A stretch of 58,985 nt of DNA, the filler included, from Sanchytrium tribonematis (taxonomy: Eukaryota): NCBI GenBank assembly GCA_018985235.1. It is 5 parts of 5 records of this genome, joined end to end, with 100 filler letters (N's around TTAATTAATTAA, not from the genome) between each part and the next. Parts side by side here need not be neighbours in the genome. Positions count along the whole stretch, not along the records: positions 47,289 to 58,985 come from JADGIG010000253.1; 4 more parts are not named here. One strand, written 5' to 3'. Shown here in pieces: positions 55,948 through 58,985 of the stretch (position 1 is its first letter; every line of letters begins with the position of its first letter). Position numbers and translations under genes: made by a program. The notes under the pieces were generated by a model that was given only the letters and a program-made list of their open reading frames with translations, ran no database searches and was not told where the DNA came from.

Positions 55948-58900
55948 ATGATCCATGAAAATCTCATAGTCAAAGGTGAAGATCAAAAGTTGAAAATTGA
56001 GCTAAAGAATTTGCATGAAAAGAAGAAAGTCACGCAACAACATGGTGAATTGAATAACGAGACCATTGTTTTGTTCCGTACCTTGACTAATGAATCATAC
56101 AAATCAGTGAAGAATTCTTCCAAAAAGAAGAGGGATCCAGCGAAAGAGATTCGAAATATCAATGTACACAAGATGGCACCGGATGAGGTTGCATCTAGTT
56201 TTGGAACGACTTTGGATAAGGGCTTGGAAAAACCAAGATTGGATAAATTGAAAAAACGAGGTAAATTGAATCAGATTTCACCACCAGACACCAACTACAT
56301 TAAGAAAGGATTTGGATATGTGTTTGGAGGATTTAATGCCTTGATGTGGGTTGCGATGCTTTTATCCATTTTGTCTTACGAGCCCCTTGGTAGTTTACAA
56401 GGAGGCACGCCAGCTATCTTTAATCTAGGTGTTGGTGTACTTTTGGCATTTGTGGTCACTGTATCTGCGGTGTTCTATGCTTACGTGGATTTCAATGCAT
56501 CTCAGGCAATGAAGGCAATTAAGCAATTGGTGGCTGAATCTGCTACTGTCACTCGCGATGGTCTAGTCACTCAGGTCAATGCAGTGGATTTGTTTCCTGG
56601 TGATATTGTACACCTGTCTCTTGGTCAACGTGTCCCGGCCGACATCTATTTATTGGAGGTGTCCCAGGATGTCAAATTTGATAGATCCATTTTAACTGGT
56701 GAATCTGAATTGATTAGTGGTACAATTACCAAAACCGATGAGAATCCATTGGAAACACGCAATTTAGCACTATCATCTACATTTATTGTGCAAGGTACAG
56801 CAAAAGGCATTGTTTTCGCAACTGGCGATGATACTATTGTTGGCAAAATTTTCAGTTTGTCATTACAAGAAAAAGAAGAGCGAACTATTTTGCAAAAGGA
56901 ATTGGATCGATTTACTTACATTATCTGTATTGCTGCCGTTACTTCATTTAGTATTGCTATGATCTTCTGGGGTGCATGGACTCAATTTGCTCATCCTTTA
57001 TTTGCAACTGCACCAGTTGCTATCATCAATTCCATTGGTTGCTTGACTGCTTTAGTCCCTCAAGGTTTGCCAGTTTGCGTTGCATTGGCACTGACAATTA
57101 TTGCTAGAAGAATGGCAATTCGTAAAGTATTAGTCAAGAACTTGTCTATTGTAGAGACAGTTGGGGCTGTTAGTGTTTTATGCACTGACAAGACTGGTAC
57201 TTTAACTGAAGGCAAAATGTTTGTTGATAAGATTGCAATGTTGGATAAGGATTATTCTGATGAATCACTTGGTTTTGATGAGGGCGGTAAATTAGTGCTC
57301 CGAATGGCATATTTATGCAATGATGCACAATTCAATGATGACAGCATTGTTGGAAATAGCACGGATGTAGCTGTCTACAGATTTGCTATTCAATATAGCA
57401 ACGTTGCTGTGTACAAAGAATATACTCGAGAATTTTCAATTCCTTTCAATTCTAAATCAAAGTATATGTTGGTCATTTGTAAAGGACCTGATGGTGTGGA
57501 AATGTACTTGAAAGGTGCCCCTGATGTATTGATGAGCTATTGTGCTAATATTATGAATTCTAAAGGCGAATTAGTTTCAATTGAAGATGCCAAGAGTTTT
57601 ATTTCAAATAAGCAAAATGAATGGAGTTCCCAAGGTCAAAGAGTGTTGATGACTTGTTATAAGAAATTGGACGTGAATACGGTGCCAACCAATGAAGAGA
57701 AATTGAAATTGTTTATTAAAACGAATATGACAAGATTAACAATTACAAGTCTAATTGGTATTAAGGATCCTCCAAGAGAAGATGTTTTTGAAGCAGTTAA
57801 AGTCATGAGAACAGCTGGTGTTCGCATTTTTATGGTGACTGGTGATTTTCAATTGACTGCTGAAGCAATTGCCAAACAAGTAGGTATTTTGACTGCCAAG
57901 ACTATTCACTCTTTTTCAGACTTGTTATCTAAAAGAAATAAGAGTGCTTATTTGTTGGCTAAAGATATGGTACCATCTGATATGAAGCCTAGTGAGGATG
58001 ACGAAGCACTAGCTTTAATTTTGAATGGTAGCGACTTACTAAAAATGACCAAGGAGGATTGGGATGTGGTTTGCACTTGCTACTCAGAGACTGTGTTTGC
58101 GAGAACGAGCCCTGAACAGAAAATGAACATTGTCCAAGAATTAAAACTGCGTGGTGATAATGTGGTTGGTGTGACCGGAGATGGTATGTCGCTTCTAATG
58201 TAGGAGTAAATGATGCACCTGCATTGAAAGCTGCTGATGTTGGGTTGGCAATGGGCAGCGGCAGTGATGTTGCTAAAGAAGCAGCTCAAATGATATTGTT
58301 AAACAATGATTTTGCTTCTATTCCAGATGCGATTGAAAATGGCAGATTGGTCTTTGAAAATTTAAAGAAAGTGACATTTTATGTCATGCCTACGGGTACC
58401 TACACAGAAATGATGGCTGTAGTCTCAAATGTATTTTTTGGAATGCAAATTCCATTAACGAGTTACCAACAAGTCATCTTCTCTATTGTGCACGATGTGG
58501 TGATGTCCATTTCTCTCATGTACGAAAAAGCTGAATCCGACTTGATGAAGGTTAAACCCCGAAATATTAAAAAGGAAAGATTGGTAGATTACAAGTTCTT
58601 TATCCAATTGTACTTGTTCATTGGAGTTATCATCTGGATTTCATGCTTTGGAATGTTCTTTTTGTACTGGAAAACTCAAGGATTCGGATTCTACGATTTA
58701 ATGTTTGCTTACGATAGTTGGGGCAGTGCATGGACAGGATCACCCGACGATTTGGCAACCATGTTAGCAACCAGTCAATCTATCTTCTATGTAACTATGG
58801 TTATTATGCAATTGGGTAATATTATGGCTACACGAAACAGAAGAGTTTCTATTTTGGAATCAAATCCATTATACGGACCAAGAAAAAATTTGTTATTGTT

Positions 58901-58985
58901 GGGGGCTATTGTGGTTCATATCAGTGTGGCATTAATGAACGTTTATATCAGTACATCACCTGGTGATCCTAATATTTTCGTATTT
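55948..58985 (+). CDS. P2-type cation ATPase (Na/K-ATPase-like fungal group), runs off window end, at least 2 exons
   Basis: LTGES, DKTGTLT, KGAPD, DPPR, MVTGD, FARTSPEQK; spliced junction gives TGDGVNDAP. Confidence 0.93.
58184..58203 (+). other. 20-nt spliceosomal intron
   Basis: gtatgtcgcttctaatgtag; restores TGDGVNDAP. Confidence 0.92.

Noticed and set aside
55664..55951. 95-aa ORF whose stop overlaps the ATPase ATG (operon-like ATGA overlap)
   Set aside because: No recognisable motifs; the context is eukaryotic, so probably a chance ORF, though a uORF cannot be excluded.

Overview
Eukaryotic, AT-rich, very gene-dense DNA. It most resembles an early-diverging zoosporic fungus or close relative: it has a CFAP97-like flagellar gene, complex I subunits NDUFA13 and NDUFA1, fungal-type CEG1 and MNN2, and Pcl-type cyclins. 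A sanchytrid-like compact genome is a guess, not a demonstrated identity. The window is not contiguous. Four artificial 100-bp linkers (N44-TTAATTAATTAA-N44) join five unrelated contigs of about 11.7 kb. Contig 1 (1-11743) is a graveyard of decayed retroelements, including a Ty3/Gypsy pol with a PHD finger between RNase H and integrase. Contig 2 holds housekeeping genes (CaMK, NDUFA13, XRN2, DPH5) and a two-ORF PIF/Harbinger unit with an intact DDE triad. Contig 3 holds a tandem family of putative secreted proteins with very short signal peptides, a fixed-position reverse CCAAT box, and C-terminal LxxIxE (PP2A-B56-type) motifs in three members. Contigs 4-5 hold housekeeping genes (Cdc25, cyclins, ALG10, NMT1, CEG1, TAL1, POP, P2-type ATPase). 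The most striking general feature is the introns: ten split genes are repaired by GT-AG introns of only 19-20 nt. All ten have A at -6 and T at -8 (branch point fused to the acceptor), and nine contain an in-frame stop.
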